Part shown: positions 1-8,907 of the stretch, one piece after another | How positions within the stretch are numbered: position 1 is the first letter of the stretch | Layout: each line of letters begins with the position of its first letter | NCBI GenBank assembly: GCA_041584095.1 | Contig: JBFHEP010000001.1 | Span: 1-44,386 of the forward strand | From: Acidimicrobiales bacterium | GTDB lineage: Bacteria; Actinomycetota; Acidimicrobiia; Acidimicrobiales; SZUA-35 | Direction of reading: 5' to 3' | DNA: 44,386 bases | Translations under genes and position numbers: made by a program | Notes under the pieces: model-generated | Databases searched by the model: none | Seen by the model: the letters and a program-made list of their open reading frames with translations, nothing else | Told to the model about the DNA's origin: nothing

Positions 1-1232
1 CGGATGATCTGCTCCACCACCTGCTCGGAGACCTCGAGCTCGTAGGCGCCGGGGGTGGCCGACAGGAACACCACCTGGTTGACCATCTGGCGCCACTCCT
101 CGAACCGGAGTGGGCGGTTGTCGGCGGCCGACGGGAGGCGGAAGCCGTGCTCGATCAGGGTTTCCTTGCGACTGCGGTCGCCCTCGTACTGGCCGTGAAG
201 CTGGGGGATGGTGACGTGGCTCTCGTCGAGGACCATGAGATAGTCGTCGGGGAAGAAGTCGAGCAGGGTGAAGGGCCGCTCACCCGGTGCTCGACCGTCG
301 ATGTGGCGGCTGTAGTTCTCGATCCCGTTACAGAACCCCATTTCCGCAATCATCTCGAGGTCGTACGAGGTGCGCATTCGCAGGCGCTGAGCCTCCAGCA
401 GCCGCTGCTGGGACTCGAGCTCGGCCAGACGTTCCTGCAGCTCGGCCTCGATGGTGACGACCGCCCGTTGCATCCGCTCGTCGGAGGCGACGTAGTGGGA
501 GGCGGGAAAGATGACGAGGGATTCAAGTGACTCCAACCGCTCGCCGGTGATCGGGTCGATCGATGTGATCGTCTCGATCTCATCGCCGAACAGCTCGATC
601 CGGACCACGAACTCCTCATAGGCGGGGTGGACCTCGATGGTGTCGCCTCGGACCCGGAACCGGCCCCGAACAAGGTTCATGTCGTTGCGCTCGTATTGCA
701 TATCGACAAGCTTCTTGAGGAGCGACCGCTGGTCGTACTCCTTGCCCGCCTCCATCACCAGCCACTTGTTGCGGTACTCCTCGGGTGAACCCAAGCCGTA
801 GATGCACGACACGGAAGCGACGACGATCGTGTCACGCCGGGTCAGCAGCGCGGACGTGGCGGAATGGCGGAGCCGGTCGATCTCATCGTTGACCGACGAG
901 TCTTTCTCGATGTAGGTGTCGGAGGACGGCATGTAGGCCTCCGGCTGGTAGTAGTCGTAGTAGCTCACGAAGTACTCGACCCGATTGTGGGGAAAGAACT
1001 CCTTGAACTCGTTGGCCAGCTGCGCGGCCAGCGACTTGTTCGGCGCAATGACCAGCGTGGGCTTCTGAACCGCCTCGATGGTCCAGGCGATGGTGGCCGA
1101 CTTGCCCGACCCGGTGATACCGAGCAGCGTCTGCATCTCCTCGCCGGAACCGATGGCGCTGCTCAACCCCTCTATGGCCTTCGGCTGATCGCCTGCAGGC
1201 TCGTAATCGGAAACCATCTCGAATTTGGGCAT
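1..1232 (-). CDS. uvrB: Excinuclease ABC subunit B (UvrB), N-terminal ~410 aa; the 3' end runs off the left edge
   Basis: My own minus-strand translation from the ATG at 1232 (this ORF is not in the track because it leaves the window): [23 protein letters not shown]..., Walker [29 protein letters not shown]. These are classic UvrB motifs. Confidence 0.95.
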   Translation of the reverse strand, partial: MPKFEMVSDYEPAGDQPKAIEGLSSAIGSGEEMQTLLGITGSGKSATIAWTIEAVQKPTLVIAPNKSLAAQLANEFKEFFPHNRVEYFVSYYDYYQPEAYMPSSDTYIEKDSSVNDEIDRLRHSATSALLTRRDTIVVASVSCIYGLGSPEEYRNKWLVMEAGKEYDQRSLLKKLVDMQYERNDMNLVRGRFRVRGDTIEVHPAYEEFVVRIELFGDEIETITSIDPITGERLESLESLVIFPASHYVASDERMQRAVVTIEAELQERLAELESQQRLLEAQRLRMRTSYDLEMIAEMGFCNGIENYSRHIDGRAPGERPFTLLDFFPDDYLMVLDESHVTIPQLHGQYEGDRSRKETLIEHGFRLPSAADNRPLRFEEWRQMVNQVVFLSATPGAYELEVSEQVVEQII

Positions 1233-1351
1233 CACATCCACGCTACCCAAACGGTGTGACATCGAGCCGCCCCAGCGGATCTGGTTGATTCAGTGCACAC
1301 ACGGTGCGCCAAAACCCTGCCAATCGGCCTTTGGGGCCGCCGGGAGTCGGG

Positions 1352-1978
1352 TCAGGGGGTCGACGGGGTCCAGTCGCCGGGCGGCAACGTCTGAATCCAC
1401 GCCCAACACCGCTCGATCTCCCCGTCGAGATGCTCGAGATCACCGCTGTTGTCGACCACGAAGTCGGCCATCGCCACCCTCTCCGACCGGGAGATCTGGG
1501 CGGCAACCCTGGCTTCGGCGTCGGCCCGCTCGAATCCCCGGAACTCGATCAGCCGCTCGATCGCCACCTCGACGGGGCAGTCCACCACCACGATCCACGA
1601 CGATGCCCGGCGCTCCCCCATCACCTTCTCCAGCAGGGGTACGTCCTGAACAATGACGGCGTTGGTCCCGGCCAGCTCGTCGATACGCCGAGTCATCTCG
1701 GCCCGCACCCTGGGGTGGATCATGGCCTCGAGCGCAGCCAGCTCATCGGCGTCGTTGAACACGATTCCCGCCATGGCGGCCCGGTCGAGTTCTCCCGACG
1801 CGGTGAGGATCCCCGATCCCCACCGTTCCACCATGGCCACGAACACCGATTGGCCCGGCTGTTGCATCTCCCGAACCATGGCGTCGGCGTCGAGCAGCAC
1901 CGCTCCCCGGTCGGCCAGTCCTCGGGCCACGGTCGACTTGCCGGAGCCGATGCCACCGGTCAACGAGATCAGGATCAT
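1352..1978 (-). CDS. coaE: Dephospho-CoA kinase
   Basis: 208 aa starting MILISLTGGIGSGKSTV (P-loop) with LLDADAMVRE. It lies directly upstream of uvrB, as in other actinobacteria. Confidence 0.9.
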   Translation of the reverse strand: MILISLTGGIGSGKSTVARGLADRGAVLLDADAMVREMQQPGQSVFVAMVERWGSGILTASGELDRAAMAGIVFNDADELAALEAMIHPRVRAEMTRRIDELAGTNAVIVQDVPLLEKVMGERRASSWIVVVDCPVEVAIERLIEFRGFERADAEARVAAQISRSERVAMADFVVDNSGDLEHLDGEIERCWAWIQTLPPGDWTPSTP

Positions 1979-2240
1979 GATCGTGCAGCCTACTCATCGA
2001 CCGGCCGCCGGTCGGTGCCTCCGATCTCGGCGGCCCGATCGATCGGGTGGGCCGAACGACCCATAGGCCTCCGACTTTCACCCATGGCGGTGGGTCCAAG
2101 TCCTCAAATCGCCCGCCGCAACGCCGATTCTCCCTGTAGGCCGATCGGTGCCGACGACATGTCGGGCAACATCCGGCGGCCGATCCGAATGAAGCCGAGC
2201 ATCAACTCGATTCGGCACAGCACGAGAGGACGTTGACGCA

Positions 2241-2957
2241 GTGCAACCTCGACCAACCCCGAACAGCCGGCGATCAGGCGAATCCTCCGCAGCGGACGCC
2301 GGCGAATCGGCTCGCAAGACCATCAAGGTGCTGCTCGCCGACGATCACCGGATGCTGCGCGAGGGCTTGCGCCGTTCTCTCACCGAGCTGGGATTCGACG
2401 TGGTGGCCGAGGCCCGCAATGGCGTCGAGGCCGTCGACCTGGCCGCGGCCATCGGTCCCGACGTGGTCCTCATGGACATCGGCATGCCCGAATTGGGCGG
2501 CATCGAGGCCACCGAGCAGATCAAGGCCCGGCTCCCTGGGACCTACGTGGTCATCCTCACCATGCACGCCGACCAGGACGTGCTGACCGAGGCCATCCGG
2601 GCCGGCGCCAACGGCTACCTGGTCAAGGACTGCAGCACCGACGAGATCGCCTCGGCCATCGACGCCGTCGTCGTCGGTGAGACCGCCCTGTCGCCCCGTC
2701 TGGCCGCATCCATGCTGGCCGATGTTCGCAATCAGGGCTCGTCCTCACAGACCGAACGGGTCATCACCCCTCGCGAAGAAGAGGTTCTGCAACTCATCGC
2801 CGACGGTTGCTCCACCCCCGAAGTGGCCGAGCAACTGTTCATCAGCCAGAAGACGGTCAAGAACCACCTGGCCTCGATCTATCAGAAACTCGACGCCCGT
2901 GATCGCACGCAGGCCGTGCTCCAGGCCGTGCGCATGGGCATCGTCACGATCAACTAG
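2241..2957 (+). CDS. NarL/LuxR-family response regulator (REC domain plus LuxR HTH); no adjacent kinase
   Basis: KVLLADDHRMLREGL..., VVLMDIGMPELGG (acceptor Asp region), C-terminal TPREEEVLQLIADGCSTPEVAEQLFISQKTVKNHLASIYQKL. The GTG start at 2241 is uncertain because the N-terminal ~25 aa are not conserved-looking. Confidence 0.85.
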   Translation: MQPRPTPNSRRSGESSAADAGESARKTIKVLLADDHRMLREGLRRSLTELGFDVVAEARNGVEAVDLAAAIGPDVVLMDIGMPELGGIEATEQIKARLPGTYVVILTMHADQDVLTEAIRAGANGYLVKDCSTDEIASAIDAVVVGETALSPRLAASMLADVRNQGSSSQTERVITPREEEVLQLIADGCSTPEVAEQLFISQKTVKNHLASIYQKLDARDRTQAVLQAVRMGIVTIN

Positions 2958-3099
2958 CGGCGGGCAACCAGGCGGTTCGACGCCGAGTTCGGGCCCTGCC
3001 CGTCGGCCTTCAACGCCGACGAACCGTGCCGGGCCGGGACCCCGGGGACGGGGGACGCAGCCGGACACAAAAGCACCGGCCGGTCCATGGCGACGACGT

Positions 3100-4563
3100 T
3101 CATCGGCCGGCGCAGCGTTCGGCGGCCGGACTGGTGGTGCGGCAGGCGACGACCCACTCGTCGTCTCGATAGGCCAGATCCCAGCCGGGCTGCTCGTCGA
3201 GCCAGCCGGCCAACGTCGACTCCCGTTCCCAGACGACGACATCGGCACCATGGCGGTCGAGCACGTCCCGGTAGTCGCCGCCGTGAACGAGCGTCAGGTG
3301 GTCCCTCGTGCGATCAACCGGATAGAAGTCGAAGCGATCGTCGATGAAGACTCCGGCCTCGGCGCCATACCGGTAGGTCAGGTAGTTGCCAACGCCTTCG
3401 CGGTGGACGACGATCACGTCGTTGGCCGGGACAAGGGACCGGGCCTCCAAATAGTCGACGGCGTCGACCGGATAGCGATCCAAGGACAGACCGGGACTGA
3501 ACGCCACCGCCACCACGCTCACCACCAGTCCCGCGACGCCGGCCACCGTGACGATTCGGGCCGGCCGACCGCGCTCCTCACCGAGCGTCCGACCCACCAG
3601 ATCGGCAAAGCTCGGTGCCGCCATGGCGGCGACCACCACCGATGCCGTTGCCATGTTTCGGATCGCCAGCAGTCCCACCGCGAAGAAGCCGACGGCCGGC
3701 AGCAGGTCGACCCACGGCATCCCGCGCTTCGCGGCCACGATAAGCAGCGGCAGCAAACCGAGGTAGACGAAGTCGACCGGCTTGTCGAAGCCCGGAGGCG
3801 CCCACTCGACTACTCCTTCGAGCGCCTCCCCCCTCGACAGCAACATCACCGGGAACCACCACAACCTCGGTCCGACCGGGTTGAACCCGGCGAGCAGGAT
3901 TCCCGCCACCGCCCACCCGCCGAGGCGGAGGTGGGTCGTGGGTACTCGTCGCTCATCGATTGCACAACCGACGGCGGCGGCACCGAGCAAGACGAGGGCG
4001 AGGGGGAACGAGCCGTGACTGTTGACCCACAGGTACATGGCCGGAAGCAGTGCCCAGGGCCGAACCAGACCCCGCATGACGAGAAGCACGACGACGATGC
4101 CGACCAGCCCGACCATGAACGGACGCGGCGACCACAGCGAACCACCGATCAGTAGCGGCATCATGGCCAGCACGACCCGTACGAGCAGTTGCCGTGCCGG
4201 GGCCGTCAACCGCCACACCCCCACCATGACGAGCGCAGCCAGCGCTCCATGAATCAGCCGCAGCATCGGCTCGTCGCCAACCTCGACGGCTCGAGAGTAG
4301 ACGAGCGACGCCAGCCAGCTCTGCACGGTCCATGACATGCCCAGGAAGTCACGCGAAAAGGGATCGGTCACGGGGACCTGGCCGCGGGCCACCATCAAGT
4401 CGCCGGTGGCCAGGTGGGTCAGCAGGCTGTTGTCGGTGATGACCTTGCCACCGACCGCAAAGCCCGCCACGGCAAGCAGCAGGCAGATGCCGCCGCCCAA
4501 CGTCACACGGAACCTTGTGTCGGGCACGACCCTTTCCGGGGACGTCCGGAGCTTGTGGCTCAC
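3100..4563 (-). CDS. Polytopic integral membrane protein (about 10 or more hydrophobic segments) with a ~130 aa soluble C-terminal domain; possibly a GT-C-fold glycosyltransferase-like protein
   Basis: 487 aa. Repeated hydrophobic helices, an early loop THLATGDLMVARGQVPVTDPFS, and a C-terminal soluble region (DRYPVDAVDYLEARS...VFIDDRFDFYP...VVVWERES...DLAYRDDEWVVACR). The start is 4 nt after the tadC stop. The function is an inference. Confidence 0.55.
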   Translation of the reverse strand: MSHKLRTSPERVVPDTRFRVTLGGGICLLLAVAGFAVGGKVITDNSLLTHLATGDLMVARGQVPVTDPFSRDFLGMSWTVQSWLASLVYSRAVEVGDEPMLRLIHGALAALVMVGVWRLTAPARQLLVRVVLAMMPLLIGGSLWSPRPFMVGLVGIVVVLLVMRGLVRPWALLPAMYLWVNSHGSFPLALVLLGAAAVGCAIDERRVPTTHLRLGGWAVAGILLAGFNPVGPRLWWFPVMLLSRGEALEGVVEWAPPGFDKPVDFVYLGLLPLLIVAAKRGMPWVDLLPAVGFFAVGLLAIRNMATASVVVAAMAAPSFADLVGRTLGEERGRPARIVTVAGVAGLVVSVVAVAFSPGLSLDRYPVDAVDYLEARSLVPANDVIVVHREGVGNYLTYRYGAEAGVFIDDRFDFYPVDRTRDHLTLVHGGDYRDVLDRHGADVVVWERESTLAGWLDEQPGWDLAYRDDEWVVACRTTSPAAERCAGR

Positions 4564-4567
4564 GGCC

Positions 4568-5512
4568 TCAGCTGAAGTTCTCCATGATGTTGATCATGGC
4601 CGGGCCGAGGATCACGACGAACAGAGCGGGGAAGATGCAGAACACCATCGGGATCAGCATCTTGACCGGGGCCTTCTGCGCTTTCTCCTGGGCCAGCTGG
4701 CGCCGCTTGATACGCATCTCGTCGGCCTGGGCCCGCAGCACCCGCCCGATGCTGACGCCGAACTTGTCGGCCTGGATCATGGCCAGTACGAACGACCGGA
4801 TCTCGGGAATGTCGACTCGCTCCTGGAGGCCACGCAGAGCATCGGACCGGGTCGAACCGGCGGTTGTCTCACCGAGCACGCGGGCGAACTCGTCGGACAG
4901 CTCACCTGGCACATTGTGGATCACCCGGTCGACCGCCTGCTCGAAGCCGAGCCCGGCCTCGACCGAGATGACCAGCATGTCCAACACGTCGGGCAGAGTG
5001 CGCTGAACCGACGCCTGCCGGGTCTTGACCTTGTTGTCGAGGCGGGAGTTCGGCACGATGGCCAAACCCGCCACGCCGATGCCGGCCAGCACCAGCCGCA
5101 GCAAGCCCCCCAGTCCAAGCGGGTTGATGAAGAAGACGAACACCAACCACACCGGAATGAGCCCGAGGCAGATGATGCGGGTGGCCAGAAAGCGCTCCAC
5201 CGCCGTCGGGATCATGATGCCCGCCTGCAGGTGCTTGTGGCGGATGGTTTCAACATAGTCGGGCGGGTTGAAACGCCGGCCGAGTCGGCTGAAGCCGGCG
5301 AAGACCGGCGAGAGCAACCGCTCGTGCAGTGGGGCCAGCAGCTCCTGCTCCCGCTGGTCCTCGACGTGGTAGTCGTCGAGCTGGCGAAGTGTGGCCCGGG
5401 CTGCGTTGCGTTCGTCGAGCTGGCTGAGAATCACGAACGCTGCGAGAACGAACGCCACGACCAAAACGAAGGCGTACGCCTCGATCGGAATCGAAATCAG
5501 GAAATCAGGCAT
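4568..5512 (-). CDS. tadC: Tad/Flp-type secretion platform protein TadC (T2SS-F family)
   Basis: 314 aa with an N-terminal TM segment, LPDVLDMLVISVEAGLGFEQAVDRV and C-terminal TM helices. Its start overlaps the tadB stop by 8 nt. Confidence 0.85.
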   Translation of the reverse strand: MPDFLISIPIEAYAFVLVVAFVLAAFVILSQLDERNAARATLRQLDDYHVEDQREQELLAPLHERLLSPVFAGFSRLGRRFNPPDYVETIRHKHLQAGIMIPTAVERFLATRIICLGLIPVWLVFVFFINPLGLGGLLRLVLAGIGVAGLAIVPNSRLDNKVKTRQASVQRTLPDVLDMLVISVEAGLGFEQAVDRVIHNVPGELSDEFARVLGETTAGSTRSDALRGLQERVDIPEIRSFVLAMIQADKFGVSIGRVLRAQADEMRIKRRQLAQEKAQKAPVKMLIPMVFCIFPALFVVILGPAMINIMENFS

Positions 5513-7478
5513 CGATCGTAATCACTTTCTTCATCCAGAGCAGCCCGATCACGCCGCTGACGATGGCAAGACCGAGCATGATCATGCCCAGCGTCCGACT
5601 GAAGAGGACACTCACGTAGTCGGGGTTCATGACATACAGCACCGTGCCGAGACCGGGCGGAAGGAGCGAGAGGATCAATGCCGAGACACGACCCTCGGCG
5701 GTGAGCGCTGCGACCTCGCGCTTGAGCCGTTCGCGCTGCACCATCGTCTCGGCCACCGTCATCAGCAGCTCGTTCAGGTTGCCTCCGACCTCACGCTGGA
5801 TGCCAATGGCCATGACCGTCCAGCTGAAGTCGTCGCTGTGAAGGCGCTCGGCCACCGACGCCAGGGCGTCCTCCAGCTCACGACCGAGCTGGGCCTCGGT
5901 GACGGCCCGGCGGAGCTCCTCGCCCATCGGATCGGCGATCTCGTTCGAGACGGCGTCGATCCCCTGGGGCAACGAGTAGCCGGCCCGCAGCGTGCCGGCC
6001 AGCAGCTGCAACGTGTCCGGGAGCTGGGATTCGAAATTCTTGAGGCGGCGATGGGCGAGGAAGACCACGACTCCGTAGGCGCCGAATCCGGCACCGGTGG
6101 CGGCGATCAGACCCACCAGAATGCTCGTCGTGACCGACCAGATCAGACCCAACACGAGGACCGAGATGCCGACCAGGAAGAACATGCCCTCGCCGGGACG
6201 GATCGGCAGGTCCGCTCGCTCGAGCAGTTCCTCGATCCGGCTGAGGAATCCCCGCCGGCGGGCGAAACCCTCGGTGAAGTCGACGGCTCGCTGGAGCAGT
6301 TCGGTCTGCACCAGCATCTCCCGGACCTCCTCCTCGTCGACGTCCTTGCCCTCGGCGTAGCGGGCCAGCACCCGATCGAGCTGCGTCTCGCCACCCCCGA
6401 ACATCGAAGCCAGCGCCCACACCCCGGTCGAGATGCCCAGGAACGCGAGACCGATCGAGAGGTAGAGGAAGATCTCGTTGCCGAGGAAGGAGAAGCGACT
6501 GGTTTCGGCCTGCGTCAGTGGACTGAGCTGGAGAACATTGGCGGTCTCCATGCCTCTCGGGTAGCTGAGCGTCCGGGTCTGGTCGGCGATGGAGATCTTG
6601 ACGCTGGCCCGCTCGGCGATGGCATCATCCTGATCGGACTCGAGCTGACCGAACGACACGAGAAGGCGATCGGCGCCGATCGACACCGCCCTCGAGATCG
6701 AGTCGGCGACGTTCTCGTCGCCGGCGACCTCGACGGTGGTCCCGCCGACCGTGCCGGCCAGTGTCGCCAAGTCCGGTGACGACTCGTCGAGATTGACGAC
6801 AATGAGCTGAGCGGAGTTCTGGATGAGTCCGGAAACGGCCGCTTCAAGACCGTCCTCCGACGACGTGTCCGGGCCGCCGGTCACAACAACGACCGACCGC
6901 ACCACCTGTCGCCCCAGGCTCGACTCGTCGGCGGCGAACATGCGGCCGGCGGTGCCGGCGGCGTCGAGCAGCGCCGAGCCCTTGTCGATGCTCAGCTGGG
7001 AGAGGCCGACCTCCAGCCGATCAAGTGACGTTGTCAGCGGCACCTCGACATCGGCGACCCGCCCGGACGACACGAGCCCGACTCGGGAACCCTCGGGAAG
7101 TGAGGCCACTGCGGTGCCAATTGCACTCGTAGCTCTGGTCAAGGCGCCATCGGCGGCGTTTCGGTTGTCGAGGTCCACGACGAACACCATCTCGACCGGC
7201 CAGCGCTCCCGCTGGGCAGTGGTCAGGCCACTGATGTCGACCGTTTCGCCCGACTGTTCGATCCGGATGTCGGCGGTCGTGATCTCATAGGTCTCGGCCA
7301 GCAAACCCAGTTGGGCCTCGGCCTCCCGAGCATCGACGTAGACGACGGTCGGCGGATCGGTCGTCGTCTCCGCCGCGGCCGGTACCGCAACGAGCAGCAC
7401 CAGCATGGCGACCGGAAACATCCGCAGAACACGTCGTCTCTTGCCGGGTCGCATCGCAGATCTCATCCTGAGTGTCAT
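5505..7478 (-). CDS. tadB: TadB-like platform protein (T2SS-F domain) fused to a signal peptide and a ~300 aa vWA-like extracytoplasmic N-terminal domain
   Basis: 657 aa. Signal-like N-terminus RRRVLRMFPVAMLVLLVAVPAAAE. vWA-like pattern VFVVDLDNR...SRVGLVSSG...VVVVTGGPDTS...LIVVNLDES. Then a TM segment and the T2SS-F core LPDTLQLLAGTLRAGYSLPQGIDAV...ALASVAERL...MAIGIQREVGGNL. ATGA overlap with the cpaF stop. Confidence 0.8.
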   Translation of the reverse strand: MTLRMRSAMRPGKRRRVLRMFPVAMLVLLVAVPAAAETTTDPPTVVYVDAREAEAQLGLLAETYEITTADIRIEQSGETVDISGLTTAQRERWPVEMVFVVDLDNRNAADGALTRATSAIGTAVASLPEGSRVGLVSSGRVADVEVPLTTSLDRLEVGLSQLSIDKGSALLDAAGTAGRMFAADESSLGRQVVRSVVVVTGGPDTSSEDGLEAAVSGLIQNSAQLIVVNLDESSPDLATLAGTVGGTTVEVAGDENVADSISRAVSIGADRLLVSFGQLESDQDDAIAERASVKISIADQTRTLSYPRGMETANVLQLSPLTQAETSRFSFLGNEIFLYLSIGLAFLGISTGVWALASMFGGGETQLDRVLARYAEGKDVDEEEVREMLVQTELLQRAVDFTEGFARRRGFLSRIEELLERADLPIRPGEGMFFLVGISVLVLGLIWSVTTSILVGLIAATGAGFGAYGVVVFLAHRRLKNFESQLPDTLQLLAGTLRAGYSLPQGIDAVSNEIADPMGEELRRAVTEAQLGRELEDALASVAERLHSDDFSWTVMAIGIQREVGGNLNELLMTVAETMVQRERLKREVAALTAEGRVSALILSLLPPGLGTVLYVMNPDYVSVLFSRTLGMIMLGLAIVSGVIGLLWMKKVITIDA

Positions 7479-8842
7479 CCTCGCAAGCGCCCCTTACTCG
7501 CCGGATCACCGCCGCCGGGTGAAAACATCTCGGGCCCGAGCCGAATGCCGTTGTCGGCCAGCTTCTCGGAAAACTTGGGCCTCACACCAGTGGGCTTGAG
7601 CTGGCCGCGGAATCGGCCCTGATCGTCGACGCCGGCGGCGAAGTCGAACAGGAACACGTCCTGGAGCGTGATGATCTCGCCCTCCATACCGGCGACCTCG
7701 GTGATGTGGGTGATGCGGCGGGTGCCGTCACGTAGCCGCTGCAGCTGCACGATGCAGTCCACGGCGGAGGAGATCTGCTCCCGAATGGCCCGGACCGGCA
7801 GGTCGTAGCCTGCCATCAACACGAGGGTCTCGAGTCGGGCCAGCGAGTCGCGAGGAGCGTTGGCGTGGAGCGTGGTCAGTGAGCCGTCGTGGCCGGTGTT
7901 CATGGCCTGCAACATGTCGAGCGCCTCGCCGGAACGACACTCGCCGACGACGATGCGGTCGGGCCGCATACGAAGGGTGTTCTTGACCAGATCGCGGATC
8001 GTGATCTCGCCCTTGCCCTCGATGTTCGGCGGCCGGGTCTCGAGCGAGAGAACGTGCTGCTGGTTGAGCTGCAGTTCCTTGGCGTCCTCGACGGTGATGA
8101 TGCGCTCACCGTCGGGGATGAACGACGACAACACGTTCAGGGTCGTCGTCTTACCGGTACCGGTACCGCCGGAGACGACCACGTTGAGTTTGCCGACGAT
8201 GCAGGCCTGCAGGAACCGCGCCGCATGCACACTGAGGGTCCCGAAGCGGATCAGGTCGTCGATCTGCAGCGGATCGGCGGCGAACTTCCGGATGGTGAGG
8301 AACGGACCGCCGATCGCCAGCGGTGAAATCACGGCGTTGACACGGGAACCGTCGGGCAGGCGAGCGTCACACAGCGGCGACGACTCGTCGATTCGACGCC
8401 CGACCTGGGCCACGATCTTGTCGATGATCCGGCGTAGATGCAGCTCGTCGACAAAGGTCACGCTCTCGACCGAAAGCTTGCCGCCCCGCTCCACGAAGAT
8501 CTGATCCGGGCCGTTGCACATGACCTCGGAGACGTCCTCGTCGCGGAGAAGCTTGTCGATCGGGCCGTAGCCCAGGATGTCATCAGACACGTCCTGGATG
8601 ATCTGGGCCTTGTCGGCGGCAGAGATCGGCGTCCGCTCCTGCGCCAGCGCCGCCTGCAGAGCGTCTCGCACCTTCTTGCGCAGGTCCTCCTCCGACAACC
8701 GCTTGTCGTAGAGGACGGGGCCCAGCTCCTCGATGAGAGCCCCGTGAATACGGTGTCGCAGTTCGTCAAGGCCGCGATTTCGGCCTGTCCCCTCGGTTGG
8801 GGCGGGGACGGCGCCGTCGTTCAACCGTTCATACAGCGACAT
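7475..8842 (-). CDS. cpaF: CpaF/TadA secretion ATPase
   Basis: 455 aa. Walker A VVSGGTGTGKTTTLN, Asp box/Walker B IITVEDAKEL...RPDRIVVGECR, His box TGHDGSLTTLHAN. Confidence 0.95.
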   Translation of the reverse strand: MSLYERLNDGAVPAPTEGTGRNRGLDELRHRIHGALIEELGPVLYDKRLSEEDLRKKVRDALQAALAQERTPISAADKAQIIQDVSDDILGYGPIDKLLRDEDVSEVMCNGPDQIFVERGGKLSVESVTFVDELHLRRIIDKIVAQVGRRIDESSPLCDARLPDGSRVNAVISPLAIGGPFLTIRKFAADPLQIDDLIRFGTLSVHAARFLQACIVGKLNVVVSGGTGTGKTTTLNVLSSFIPDGERIITVEDAKELQLNQQHVLSLETRPPNIEGKGEITIRDLVKNTLRMRPDRIVVGECRSGEALDMLQAMNTGHDGSLTTLHANAPRDSLARLETLVLMAGYDLPVRAIREQISSAVDCIVQLQRLRDGTRRITHITEVAGMEGEIITLQDVFLFDFAAGVDDQGRFRGQLKPTGVRPKFSEKLADNGIRLGPEMFSPGGGDPASKGRLRG

Positions 8843-8907
8843 ACGGTACTCCTCTGGAAATCAAGCACGAAAGGTGGGTGTGGACTGGAGCGGACACAGG
8901 ATCGGGT

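Noticed and set aside
2677-4155. Very long ORFs antisense to, or frame-shifted against, recognisable genes: 2677-4155 +, 5391-6779 +, 9885-11285 +, 11397-13064 +, 14874-16292 +, 21911-22888 -, 42369-43517 + and many shorter ones.
   Set aside because: These are typical shadow ORFs of high-GC DNA. Their translations are Arg/Pro/Gly/Ala-rich with no motifs. In each case the opposite or alternative frame encodes a protein with clear family signatures.
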